DNA of 64,000 nt from Macrostomum lignano (Eukaryota): positions 124,001 to 188,000 of the forward strand of contig NIVC01000153.1 of assembly GCA_002269645.1 (NCBI GenBank), given 5' to 3'. Within the stretch, counting starts at the first letter, position 1; every line of letters begins with the position of its first letter. A program made the position numbers and the translations under genes. Shown here piece by piece: positions 23,849 through 35,545 of this stretch. The notes below the pieces were generated by a model, which had not been told where the DNA came from, did no database searches, and was given only the letters and a program-made list of their open reading frames with translations.

Positions 23849-24329
23849 ACACGAACGCCAATCAACCGGAATCTGCTGACCCACTGACTCCGCCGCCGCT
23901 GCCTCGGTGCCTCAGTCAGTCCCCGTCACGCAGCAGCCCTGCGCCATCTGCGGCTCCTCGGGCGATGACGCAAGCGGCCGCAAACTTTTTGTTTGCTCAG
24001 CCTGCCAGCTGCCGCTGCACGCGGCCTGTCAGCCATTGTTTAACGACAGCTGCGCAGACTCCAGCGGACTTTGCGTTCTATGCGACATTAACAATGAGTC
24101 ACCTGATGTTGAGTCCGGCAAGGTGCGCCGAGTCTTGGCCTGGTTGTTATTAGCTAGGCCGCATCCGCGCCTCACAAAGCTCGCCCAGCGCATTGCCAAG
24201 GCCGCCCGGCCAATCGGACTGGCCGGCCTGTCCGAGGAGATTCGATTAGCGCTGGCTAAGCTGCACGATCCGACCCGGTCCGCTCAGCTGTGCGCCCAGC
24301 TCAAACAGCTCGGGGTGGCCACCGCCTAG
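23849..24329 (+). CDS. TRIM/TIF1-like protein last exon: PHD finger plus short helical tail (5' boundary uncertain)
   Basis: CAICGSSGDD...LFVCSACQLPLHAAC...GLCVLC. The acceptor at 23848 needs one extra base near 23880; the alternative acceptor at 23919 is in frame. Confidence 0.75.
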
Positions 24330-24457
24330 ATTTGTAACTCCGGTTTATGACCCATGTGTGTGTACTTGCGCTAATTCTAACAAGACTTTATTCATACTTT
24401 AGCAATCGATTTCATAGTTGGAATGAATTAACACATTAAAAATAAGGCTTCACAATC

Positions 24458-25174
24458 GATAGTTTGTCTATGGTACAAATGTCGATGATATTTTAGGCTT
24501 CTCATTCAATAGTTTGTCTATGGTACAAATGTCGATGATATTTTAGGCTTCTCATTCGGTAGTTTGTCTATGGTACAAATGTCGATGATATTGTAGGCTT
24601 CTCATTCAATAGTTTGTCTATGGTACAAATATCGATGATATTGTAGACTTCTCATTCAATAGTTTGTCTATGGTACAAATGTCGATGATATTGTAGGCTT
24701 CTCATTCAATAGTTTGTCTATGGTACAAATGTCGATGATATTTTAGGCTTCTCATTCAATAGTTTGTCTATGGTACAAATGTCGATGATATTGTAGGCTT
24801 CTCATTCAATAGTTTGTCTATGGTACAAATATCGATGATATTGTAGACTTCTCATTCAATAGTTTGTCTATGGTACAAATGTCGATGATATTGTAGGCTT
24901 CTCATTCAATAGTTTGTCTATGGTACAAATGTCGATGATATTGTAGGCTTCTCATTCGATAGTTTGTCTATGGTACAAATGTCGATGATATTGTAGGCTT
25001 CTCATTCAATAGTTTGTCTATGGTACAAATGTCGATGATATTGTGGGCTTCTCATTCGATAGTTTGTCTATGGTACAAATGTCGATGATATTGTAGGCTT
25101 CTCATTCGGTAGTTTGTCTATGGTACAAATTTCGATGATATTGTAGGCTTCTCATTCGATAGTTTGTCTATGGT
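24458..25174. repeat. Intergenic minisatellite, 50 bp unit TAGTTTGTCTATGGTACAAATGTCGATGATATTGTAGGCTTCTCATTCAA
   Basis: About 14 near-identical copies. Confidence 0.97.
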
Positions 25175-25648
25175 AGTTGCAAATATTGTTTCTGATGTTC
25201 GAACAAATTGTTTAAGCAAATTATGCTCAGTATATCGGTTAGAAGTTTTGCATTTTAGTAGCATAAATATTATCCATTTTACTTATTTAAATACGTCAAC
25301 TAAGTCCTTATCCTACTGTAAGTAGTACTTGAAAACGTGTGTATTCAGAACTGTAACTTAACAAAACATTTACCTAGGATTCGAATGTAAAAAAACCAGT
25401 TAGTTGGTTTTGAGTTTTAATTTTCAAAAGTAATTGGACTTTATATATTTTTATTTCCTCATTTATGCCTTTTTGTCTTGCAATAAAGTTCATTAACTAA
25501 TTTTGGTCGAAATACACGCTAAAATGTTTGTTTGTTTCTTAAGTATTGACTTCTTTCTGTTTATTTGAATCTTTTTTGTATTTATAAATAAGCCAAGGCT
25601 TCATCCGCACTACTCACAGTATTATTAATTGCATCTTCCAGCCCAACC

Positions 25649-26197
25649 ATGCGCAAGCTACGCTTTCACGAGAAGAAACTATTAAAAAAAGTCGACCTAG
25701 TTAATTGGTCGTCCGATCACAATTTGCGCGAAGTGAAAATGATGCGAAAATATCGTTTAAAATCGCGCGAAGAGCTCACTCTGTATAACAAATTGTCGCG
25801 CGAGGTTCGCGATATTGCTAGGAAAATTCGTGACTTACCAGAATCTGATGCGTTTCGAGAGGAAGCCACCCGACTGTTGCTGGGCCGGTTGCACGCGCTT
25901 GGCATTGTGCCAACTAGGCGGAACCTGCTTCTGGCCGACAAAGTCACCACCACCACGTTCTGCCGGCGCCGCCTATCAGCCGTGATGGTCCGGTGTCACA
26001 TGGCCGAGACTGTGAAAGCTGCCGTCACTTTTGTTGAGGCCGGTCACGTTCGGGTTGGTCCGCAGGTGGTCACCGATCCGGGATTTCTGGTGTCACGCTC
26101 GATGGAGGACTATGTTACCTGGACTAATCAGTCAGCGATTCGGCGGCGCGTGCTCGAGTACAATGAGGCTATGGACGATTACGACTTTAGGAATTAG
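25649..26197 (+). CDS. IMP3: U3 small nucleolar ribonucleoprotein IMP3, intronless
   Basis: MRKLRFHEKKLLKKVD..., FCRRRL, AVTFVEAGHVRVGPQVVTDPGFLVSRSMEDYVTW, YNEAMDDYD; 182 aa. Confidence 0.97.
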   Translation: MRKLRFHEKKLLKKVDLVNWSSDHNLREVKMMRKYRLKSREELTLYNKLSREVRDIARKIRDLPESDAFREEATRLLLGRLHALGIVPTRRNLLLADKVTTTTFCRRRLSAVMVRCHMAETVKAAVTFVEAGHVRVGPQVVTDPGFLVSRSMEDYVTWTNQSAIRRRVLEYNEAMDDYDFRN

Positions 26198-26591
26198 GCT
26201 GTGTTCCACAATTGACGGTATATAATTACCGATTATCAGTGGAGGCATACCTGATGCTAATTAGGCTACTGGCAATTATCAGTGAAAGACTTTTATCACG
26301 TTTAAAATCAGAATCGTGTCAGTACTATATGCTCGTAATTGTAAACTTCACCTAAATATAATTGAACTTAGGCATTTTTGTACCTGTTTACTAATGCTGC
26401 TGTTTTCAAGCTTTCTGGATGTAATAAATTATGTAATGTACATTTTTATGGCACAGTGGCAAACATTGTGCATCTGCCATAATTGATTATTGATACTCTA
26501 TTGGATTTTTTTATTTGGCTATTTCATTAAAGCTTTCATAAACAAAGTTACTATTCAGGGTATAAAGTGGCTCAATACCCACTAGATCAAT

Positions 26592-27115
26592 CGAGACCTG
26601 TATTACCCACTGAATCGAGACCTGTATAACCCACTGAATCGAGACCTGTATAACCCACTGAATCGAGACCTGTATAACCCACTGAATCGAGACCTGTATA
26701 ACCCACTGAATCGAGACCTGTATAACCCACTGAATCGAGACCTGTATAACCCACTGAATCGAGACCTGTATAACCCACTGAATCGAGTCCTATATGACCC
26801 ACTGAATCGAGTCCTATATGACCCACTGAATCGAGTCCTATATGACCCACTGAATCGAGTCCTATATGACCCACTGAATCGAGTCCTATATGACCCACTG
26901 AATCGAGTCCTATATGACCCACTGAATCAAGTCCTATATGACCCACTGAATCGAGTCCTATATGACCCACTGAATCGAGTCCTATATGACCCACTGAATC
27001 GAGTCCTATATGACCCACTGAATCGAGTCCTATATGACCCACTGAATCGAGTCCTATATGACCCACTGAATCGAGTCCTATATGACCCACTGAATCGAGT
27101 CCTATATGACCCACT
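26592..27115. repeat. Minisatellite, 24 bp unit CCACTGAATCGAG(ACCTGTATAAC/TCCTATATGAC)
   Basis: Two sequential homogenised blocks, about 22 copies. Confidence 0.96.
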
Positions 27116-27214
27116 CTATGCTCATATAGCGTAGCATACAGTGGGTACCCACTGCTGCCTTCCACCCCATAAAGCTCATAGTCAAGTGTAATAAAAGTAC
27201 GTGCCAACCTTCAG

Positions 27215-27560
27215 GATCGTCAGCAGCGCAGATTGAAACGAGCGCAGCAGCAAATGCGCGGCGCTTTCGACGAAGTTTGGCGACAATTGGCGGACTATCT
27301 GGATCCGCTGATGCGCGAGACTGGCGACGCCCTGCTGCTACGTCGGCTGCGTCGGCACTACGACCAGGCAGCCGCGGCCGCCTCGGCCAAGTCGCGCGGG
27401 TCCGCTTTCTGCCCAGAATCGGCCAGAGAGCTGGTCGATCAGCTGATTGTTGATGCCAACCGGCAGAGCGGCAATCTGTATCGGCTGGTCGCGATTTTAG
27501 ATGCCAAGCTGGAAGAGTTGGCGGCAGCGGAGGCCGTTAGCAGCAGTGCGACAGACCTGT
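27215..27560 (+). CDS. DAXX: DAXX exon containing the N-terminal helical bundle (start may be ATG 27254)
   Basis: AFDEVWRQL...SAFC...GNLYRLVAIL resembles the DAXX helical bundle. CCTTCAG acceptor at 27214; T|GTAATC donor in phase 1 fits the next exon. Confidence 0.7.
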
Positions 27561-27564
27561 GTAA

Positions 27565-27888
27565 TCCTTATAATATGTTGTTTAATGCAGTTACGCATCA
27601 CTGACGACATCGTCCCACAACCAGCGCACTGAAGCAGTTACGCCCATTCCGCTGACTCCTGAACACACAAGCGCGCCAATACTGTACGCAGACACGCTCA
27701 CACAGGGTGTACAGCGGTCCTGACTTTCTAATCCTTTGGGTTTGGCCCTCATGGGTTATGAATCGCACAACAACCGCCTGGCCAATTTTCGTACACAAGC
27801 CGCAGATGAATGTGTTTGTGCACGGAATCGCATCGGGGGTCTGTGGTGCGCGAGCCAGACGCGTTTACCGCTGAGCTGTTCTGGCCCC
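27565..27888 (-). mobile_element. Probable tRNA-derived SINE
   Basis: Minus strand starts GGGGCCAGAACAGCTCAGCGGTAAACGCG (A-box-like), has a degenerate B-box GATGCGATTCC, and ends in an AT-rich tail ...GCATTAAACAACATATTATA. Confidence 0.45.
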
Positions 27889-28162
27889 TGTCACTGCTGG
27901 TAGCTTTGAAATGCATCTAAGCAAGGCACGATTTTTTAGGTCCTAGGTTTGAATTTGCCTGGGGCTTGTCGTGCGATCTCGTGACACATGATCGGGGCGA
28001 ACCCCCAAAGGCTTAAAAGGTTTAAAAAGTATTTAAGTCTTTAAAGTTGTAACAATCGCCTCTGGCTTTCTACAAGCAGATCCATTAAGTTAGCATCTTC
28101 ATCATCGTGTGCATAGCAAGCAAAAGAGAAAACGGGAAACAGTTGGGCTTTCCTCTTGCCCG

Positions 28163-28626
28163 TTTTCGTCCGTCTGACTTTGACCTCTCTCCTTACTGCT
28201 CTCTCATTGGCTGAGCCAGCTTGGGGCCAGGCTGAGTTTCGTCCGTCTGACTTTGACCTCTCTCCTTACTGCTCTCTCATTGGCTGAGCCAGCTTGGGGC
28301 CAGGCTGAGTTTCGTCCGTCTGACTTTGACCTCTCTCCTTACTGCTCTCTCATTGGCTGAGCCAGCTTGGGGCCAGGCTGAGTTTCGTCCGTCTGACTTT
28401 GACCTCTCTCCTTACTGCTCTCTCATTGGCTGAGCCAGCTTGGGCCTGCCCCTAGGCTGAGTTTCGTCCGTCTGACCTTGACCTCTCCTTACTGCTCTCT
28501 CATTGGCTGAGCCAGCTTGGGCCTGCCCCTAGGCTGAGTTTCGTCCGTCTGACCTTGACCTCTCCTTACTGCTCTCTCATTGGCTGAGCCAGCTTGGGCC
28601 TGCCCCTAGGCTGAGTTTCGTCCGTC
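28163..28626. repeat. Intronic minisatellite, ~73-76 bp unit
   Basis: TTTCGTCCGTCTGACTTTGACCTCTCTCCTTACTGCTCTCTCATTGGCTGAGCCAGCTTGGG..., about 6 copies. Confidence 0.95.
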
Positions 28627-28932
28627 TGACTTTGACCTCTCTCCTAAGATTGAGTGTGCTTCCCCCCACCTCAGGCTGTCTTACATTCACTTGTATACAT
28701 CGCGTTAAATTCTTGTTGTTCATTCTTAACCCCGTACGAGTATGTTCCTGAGGCCGCAAACCCCGACCCCGAGGAAGGAAAGAAATGTTTGCTGCCATTT
28801 AAGTGACACTGCGCAGACAAACTACAAAGAGTAGACGCTCTAATTTTTCACAACTTTGATTGTGAGTGACGCATTTAGTGACTCTTGTTTCTGTGATATA
28901 AAGATCAAACTGATTTGCTTTCTTTAATTCAG

Positions 28933-29617
28933 GCGGTGAGCTGGAAGCTGCAGCTGACGATAGTGAGTCTGACCATTCACCGCCACCGGCCAAGACACCT
29001 TCGCCGCAGCGACAGCCTCGTCGGGTTGTGCCATCGCGATTATCATCGCTGGTGCCAACGTCGACGTCAGCAGCGACTTCCTCAGCAGCCGCTCCAGCGG
29101 TGTCGGCCAGCGACTTTAACAACGTTGGCGCCAACAACGGCGACGACAATCTGGCTGAGCCGGCCAGGTCGATGGCGCGCACCCTGCAAGACTGCCTGGC
29201 CCGTCTGCTGGCCAAGATTCGCCGGCTAGAGCGACAGGAGCTCAGCCTGGACGATCTGGACAACTCTGACAGCGCCTATTTACGCGCCGAACGACTTCAA
29301 CGACAGGCCTGCGATGTGTACAGGCGACTGTGCCGGGTGCGCAACGCTCCCAGCGTTGACCAGTTCAACTACAGATGTCATCATCACCCACAGATTGGCC
29401 TGCTAATCTGTCGCTACGTCAATCGACGTGGCCGATTCCCCGACATGCACAAAGTGTCTAAAGTTGTTGCCTGGGTTAACCAACGGTTCAGGCTGGGCTG
29501 GTCGAAGCCTCTGGTGGCGCAGAAATCCGAGCAGATATTTCGAGATGTTGGCGAACGGCTGCAGCAGCGGCGATGGCGCCAGCTGAGACAGAATCTGGGA
29601 CTGGACGAGATGGACGG
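28933..29617 (+). CDS. DAXX: DAXX exon containing the histone H3.3/H4-binding domain
   Basis: LAKIRRLERQELSLDDLDNSDSAYL...FPD...IFRDVGERLQQRR. TTCAG acceptor (phase 1), GG|GTGAGC donor (phase 2). Confidence 0.92.
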
Positions 29618-29724
29618 GTGAGCGCCATTTTGTGGAGTAGCGATGGACTGTTGTGATGGAGCACGGTATTGATTCTGATCATCTTTTTTCTATTCACTGA
29701 TTTCCCTAATCAACACGTTTCCCA

Positions 29725-32080
29725 ATTCATTCCTCCCCATTCACTCCTCCCCATACTCCTCCCCATTCACTCCTCCAATCCACTCCTCCCCATTCACTCC
29801 TCCCAATTCACTCCTCCAATTCACTCCTCCAATTCACTCCTCCCAATTCACTCCTCCAATTCACTCCTCCCCATTCACTCCTCCAATTCACTCCTCCCCA
29901 TTCACTCCTCCCAATTCACTCCTCCCCATTCACTCCTCCAATCCACTCCTCCCCATTCACTCCTCCAATCCACTCCTCTCCATTCACTCCTCCTAATTCA
30001 CTCCTCCCCATTCACTCCTCCAATTCACTCCTCCCCATTCACTCCTCCCAATTCACTCCTCCCCATTCACTCCTCCCAATTCACTCCTCCAATCCACTCC
30101 TCCCCATTCACTCCTCCAATCCACTCCTCCCCATTCACTCCTCCCCATTCACTCCTCCCCATTCACTCCTCCAATTCACCCCTCCCAATTCACTCCTCCC
30201 AATTCACTCCTCCCCATTCACTCCTCCCAATTCACTCCTCCCCATTCACTCCTCCCCATTCACTCCTCCAATCCACTCCTCCCCATTCACTCCTCCAATT
30301 CACTCCTCCCCATTCACTCCTCCAATTCACTCCTCCCCTTTCACTCCTCCCCATTCACTCCTCCAATCCACTCCTCTCCATTCACTCCTCCCCATTCACT
30401 CCTCCAATTCACTCCTCCGATTCACTCTTCCCCATTCACTCACTCCTCCCCATTCACTCCTCCCCATTCACTCCTCCAATTCACTCCTCCGATTCACTCC
30501 TCCCAATTCACTCCTCCAATTCACTCCTCCCCATTCACTCCTCCAATTCACTCCTCCCCATTCACTCCTCCCAATTCACTCCTCCCCATTCACTCCTCCA
30601 ATCCACTCCTCCCCATTCACTCCTCCAATCCACTCCTCTCCATTCACTCCTCCTAATTCACTCCTCCCCATTCACTCCTCCAATTCACTCCTCCAATTCA
30701 CTCCTCCCCATTCACTCCTCCAATTCACTCCTCCCCATTCACTCCTCCCAATTCACTCCTCCCCATTCACTCCTCCAATCCACTCCTCCCCATTCACTCC
30801 TCCAATCCACTCCTCTCCATTCACTCCTCCTAATTCACTCCTCCCCATTCACTCCTCCAATTCACTCCTCCCCATTCACTCCTCCCAATTCACTCCTCCC
30901 CATTCACTCCTCCCAATTCACTCCTCCAATCCACTCCTCCCCATTCACTCCTCCAATCCACTCCTCCCCATTCACTCCTCCCCATTCACTCCTCCCCATT
31001 CACTCCTCCAATTCACCCCTCCCAATTCACTCCTCCCAATTCACTCCTCCCCATTCACTCCTCCCAATTCACTCCTCCCCATTCACTCCTCCCCATTCAC
31101 TCCTCCAATCCACTCCTCCCCATTCACTCCTCCAATTCACTCCTCCCCATTCACTCCTCCAATTCACTCCTCCCCTTTCACTCCTCCCCATTCACTCCTC
31201 CAATCCACTCCTCTCCATTCACTCCTCCCCATTCACTCCTCCAATTCACTCCTCCGATTCACTCTTCCCCATTCACTCACTCCTCCCCATTCACTCCTCC
31301 CCATTCACTCCTCCAATTCACTCCTCCGATTCACTCCTCCCCATTCACTCCTCCAATTCACTCCTCCCCATTCAATCCTCCAATCCACTCCTCTCCATTC
31401 ACTCCTCCCCATTCACTCCTCCCCATTAACTCCTCCCCATTCACTCCTCCCCATTCACTCCTCCCAATTCACTCCTCCCCATTCACTCCTCCAATCCACT
31501 CCTCCCAATTCACTCCTCCCAATTCACTCCTCCCCATTCACTCCTCTCCATTCACTCCTCCAATTCACTCCTCCCCATTCACTCCTCCAATCCACTCCTC
31601 CAATTCACTTCTCCAATTCACTCCTCCGATTCACTCCTCCCCATTCACTCCTCCAATTCACTCCTCCCCATTCACTCCTCCCAATTCACTCCTCCCCATT
31701 CACTCCTCCAATCCACTCCTCCCAATTCACTCCTCCAATCCACTCCTCCCCATTCACTCCTCCCGATTTACTCCTCCCAATTCACTCCTTCCCATTCACT
31801 CCTCTCCATTCACTCCTCCAATTCACTCCTCCGATTCACTCCTCTCCATTCACTCCTCCTAATTCACTCCTCCCCATTCACTCCTCCAATTCACTCCTCC
31901 CCATTCACTCCTCCCGATTTACTCCTCCCCATTCACTCATCCCCATTCACTCCTCCCGATTTACTCCTCCCCATTCACTCATCCCCATTCACTCCTCCCG
32001 ATTTACTCCTCCCCATTCACTCATCCCCATTCACTCCTCCCCATTCACTCCTCCCGACTCACTCCTCCCCATTTGCTCCT
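29725..32080. repeat. Intronic pyrimidine-rich minisatellite, 14-15 bp unit (C)CATTCACTCCTCC
   Basis: About 2.3 kb with almost no G on the + strand; DAXX intron. Confidence 0.97.
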
Positions 32081-32289
32081 ATCCATTCACTTTTTTATTC
32101 ACTCTCCATTTACTCCTTTTCTATTCCTTTTGCCTCTCAATCATCTCTGTCCACTCCCTCATTCACATAAATTTGCGCTCACTCATTCACGTCATTCACA
32201 CTAATATTACTTGTCTCTAGTTCTACCAGCTGATCAGCAGCTTCCATTCGAAAAAGCGCAGCACTTCCTTCCTGATCCCAATCCGCCAG

Positions 32290-33619
32290 GCAGTCCCAGG
32301 CCGCCGACCCGGCCGATTCGAGTCTCCGCCTGCGGCGCCAGCTGGACGCCAGCCAGGCCGCCGGCGCCGCACGCCTAGCGGAGGTGATGCGCAGCTTCGC
32401 CTCGATGCCCGAACGGCCAGGCGGCCTGGTGGCGGATTCTGGCAGCGAGCCCTCTTCGGATGAAGAGGCGATGGAGGACGACGGGGACGATTTTGGTTTA
32501 GAAGCAGACCAGGACCAAGACCAGTGTCAGGGCGAGCAGCACGATGATGACGAAAAAAGCAACGCCGACGAGGAGGTCGAGAGCGCCAACGTCGCCGACG
32601 CCGACGCAGCCTCGTCAGAGCCGAAAGCCGAGCCGGGCGGCGATGATCTCGAAATCGAGCCGGAAGTCGAGACGGAAACGGCGCCGCTAGACTCCGTAGC
32701 CAAAATTGGCCCGTCGGGAGCCACCACGGGCACTTTGTCGCCGCCATTTCAACAACAGCAGCAGCAGCCCTGGCCGATGTCGTCGTCGTCGTCGTCTTTA
32801 GCCGAAGGCGACGACGCTTTGAACGAGACGGCCGGTCAGCTGGCTGCCGCTGTGCGCCGATTCGCCGCCGCCGCCGCCGCCAGGCCGAAGTCGACTGTTG
32901 GGTCGGATTCGGCGCGAATTCAACCGATCGACCAGCGATCGGCTGAGCGTCCGGGTCTGGAGCATTCGCGTCGGAATCTGCAGCCGTTGCTAACCGAAGA
33001 ACGGCCTTTGCTAACCGCGGAAGGGACGTCAAGCGCAACAAACCCGTTGCCAAGCTCACGAGAGACGTTGTCAAGCGCGGAAGGGACGTTTTCAAGCTCA
33101 ACAAAACCGTTGCCAAGCGTAACAAACCCGTTGTTAAGGGCGACAAAGCCGTTGCCAAGCGCCATACAGCCGTTTTCAAGCTCAACAAAACCGTTGCCAA
33201 GCGCGACAAAGCCGTTGCCAAGCACAGCACAGCGGTTGCGAAGCGCGCCACAACAGCCATGTCAAAAACGACCCCGTCTCGGACAGGCAATGTCACTTCG
33301 TAGGCCAACACTGTCAGCTAGTGGTCAAGCAATTTCATCTAACAGCCAAGCAATGTCAATTCGAGGTCTAAAACCGCCCACTGTGGGCCAGCCGATTTCT
33401 AACCGCGGCCAGCCGATGCCAAGCCAGCTACGCCAACAGCAGCCGCCACCACCGCCGCCGATCCTGTCTGGCCCGACGATTTCGTCAGCAACTCCAGGTT
33501 CAGCGCAGCAGCAGGGGCAGGGGCACTTGGTTAGCGAGCGTCGTCGTCGCCATCTAGCGGACGCAGTTCGCCGAGCTGTCGCCGACCTGCCGCAGCCGGA
33601 GGTGATTATCATCGACTAA
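32290..33619 (+). CDS. DAXX: DAXX last exon: end of histone-binding domain, acidic tract, repeats, C-terminal SIM
   Basis: CCGCCAG acceptor in phase 2. DPADSSLRLRRQL...RLAEVMRSFA, acidic region, terminal PEVIIID. The spliced CDS from 27254 is 2322 nt and in frame. Confidence 0.88.
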
Positions 33620-33711
33620 GAGCAGCTCGGCTTTTAGTCTAAAAAACTCTTCGCCAAAGTATAATATTTACTGCCAGAGCACGATTCCGGATTTTTCCCG
33701 GAGTGAGGTCA

Positions 33712-34135
33712 GTTGACCACCTTGACCTCCTGATCCTCTTAACCCCTTAACCTTGACTCCCTTGACTGCCTTGACTTCCTTGAACCCCTTGACCTCCTTG
33801 GCCCCTTAGCCTCCTTGACTTTGACCTCTCTGACCCCATTGACCTCCTTGACCTCTTGACCCCCTTAAACCCCTTGACCTTGACTCCCTTGACTTCCTTG
33901 AACTCCTTGACCTCCTTGCCCCCCTTAGCCTCCTTGACCTTGACCTCATTGACCTCTTTGACTTCTCTGACCCCTTGACCTCCTTGAGCCCCTTGACCTC
34001 CTTGAGCCCATTGACCTCCTTGAGCCCCTTGACCTCCTTGAGCCCCTTGACCTCCTTGACCTCTCTGACCTCACTGACCTCTTTAACCTCTCTGACCCCT
34101 TGACCTCCTTGGCGTCCTTGACTTCTTTGACTTTG
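33712..34135. repeat. Low-complexity tandem repeat based on TTGACCTCC / TTGACCCC
   Basis: Degenerate 9/18-bp periodicity just 3' of DAXX. Confidence 0.85.
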
Positions 34136-34519
34136 ATCTGTCGCTGTCCACACAAAACTGCCTGTTATGGAATTTTCCTGTTTCGTATGTGGGGGTCATA
34201 GGCCCCCATATTCGTAACTTAGAGGGTCAGCTGACCTCCTTGATCCCCTTTCTGGATCCGCTACTGTTTATTGTAGGCCTGTAGCTATAACTACATTGTT
34301 TTTATGCTCAGTATTTAGTTCAAGCATACTACTATACTACTGTCTGTGGTTCCGTGTGCACTTATATCTAAGTCTGTTATTGCTTAATAAAATTGTAATA
34401 ATTTTGTAACCTGTAACGTTACTGCTCATATTAGGGTCACTTCTGGGAGTCTAGTGACCTACAAACTGTATCATGGACCGAGTCTATATAGAGTCTATAT
34501 ATCTAATCTTGACCACAAA

Positions 34520-35545
34520 TACCCATCAGAGTGATCCTATACCCATCAGAGTGACCCTATACCCATCAGAGTGACCCTATACCCATCAGAGTGACCCTAT
34601 ACCCATCAGAGTGACCCTATACCCATCAGAGTGACCACAGCTACCCATCAGTGTGACCACAACTACCCATCAGAGTGACCACAACTACCCATCAGAGTGA
34701 CCACAACTACCCATCAGAGTGACCACAACTACCCATCAGAGTGACCACAACTACCCATCAGAGTGACCACAACTACCCATCAGAGTGACCACAACTACCC
34801 ATCAGAGTGACCACAACTACCCATCAGAGTGACCACAACTACCCATCAGAGTGACCACAACTACCCATCAGAGTGACCACAACTACCCATCAGAGTGACC
34901 CTATACCCATCAGAGTGACCCTATACCCATCAGAGTGACCCTATACCCATCAGAGTGACCACAACTACCCATCAGAGTGACCACAACTACCCATCAGAGT
35001 GACCACAACTACCCATCAGAGTGACCACAACTACCCATCAGAGTGACCACAACTACCCATCAGAGTGACCACAACTACCCATCAGAGTGACCACAACTAC
35101 CCATCAGAGTGACCACAACTACCCATCAGAGTGACCCTATACCCATCAGAGTGACCCTATACCCATCAGAGTGACCACAACTACCCATCAGAGTGACCAC
35201 AACTACCCATCAGAGTGACCACAACTACCCATCAGAGTGACCACAACTACCCATCAGAGTGACCACAACTACCCATCAGAGTGAGCACAACTACCCATCA
35301 GAGTGACCACAACTACCCATCAGAGTGACCCTATACCCATCAGAGTGATCCTATACCCATCAGAGTGACCACAACTACCCATCAGAGTGACCCTATACCC
35401 ATCAGAGTGATCCTATACCCATCAGAGTGACCCTATACCCATCAGAGTGACCCCATACCCATCAGAGTGACCCCAACCCATTAGAGTGACCCTATACCCA
35501 TCAGAGTGACCCCATACCCATCAGAGTGACCCCAACCCATTAGAG
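34520..35545. repeat. Minisatellite, 20/22 bp units ACCCATCAGAGTGACC(CTAT/ACAACT)
   Basis: About 48 copies in alternating blocks of two variants. Confidence 0.97.

Noticed and set aside
29669-31429. 586-aa Pro/His/Ser-rich ORF
   Set aside because: Translation of a G-less pyrimidine-rich minisatellite within a DAXX intron.
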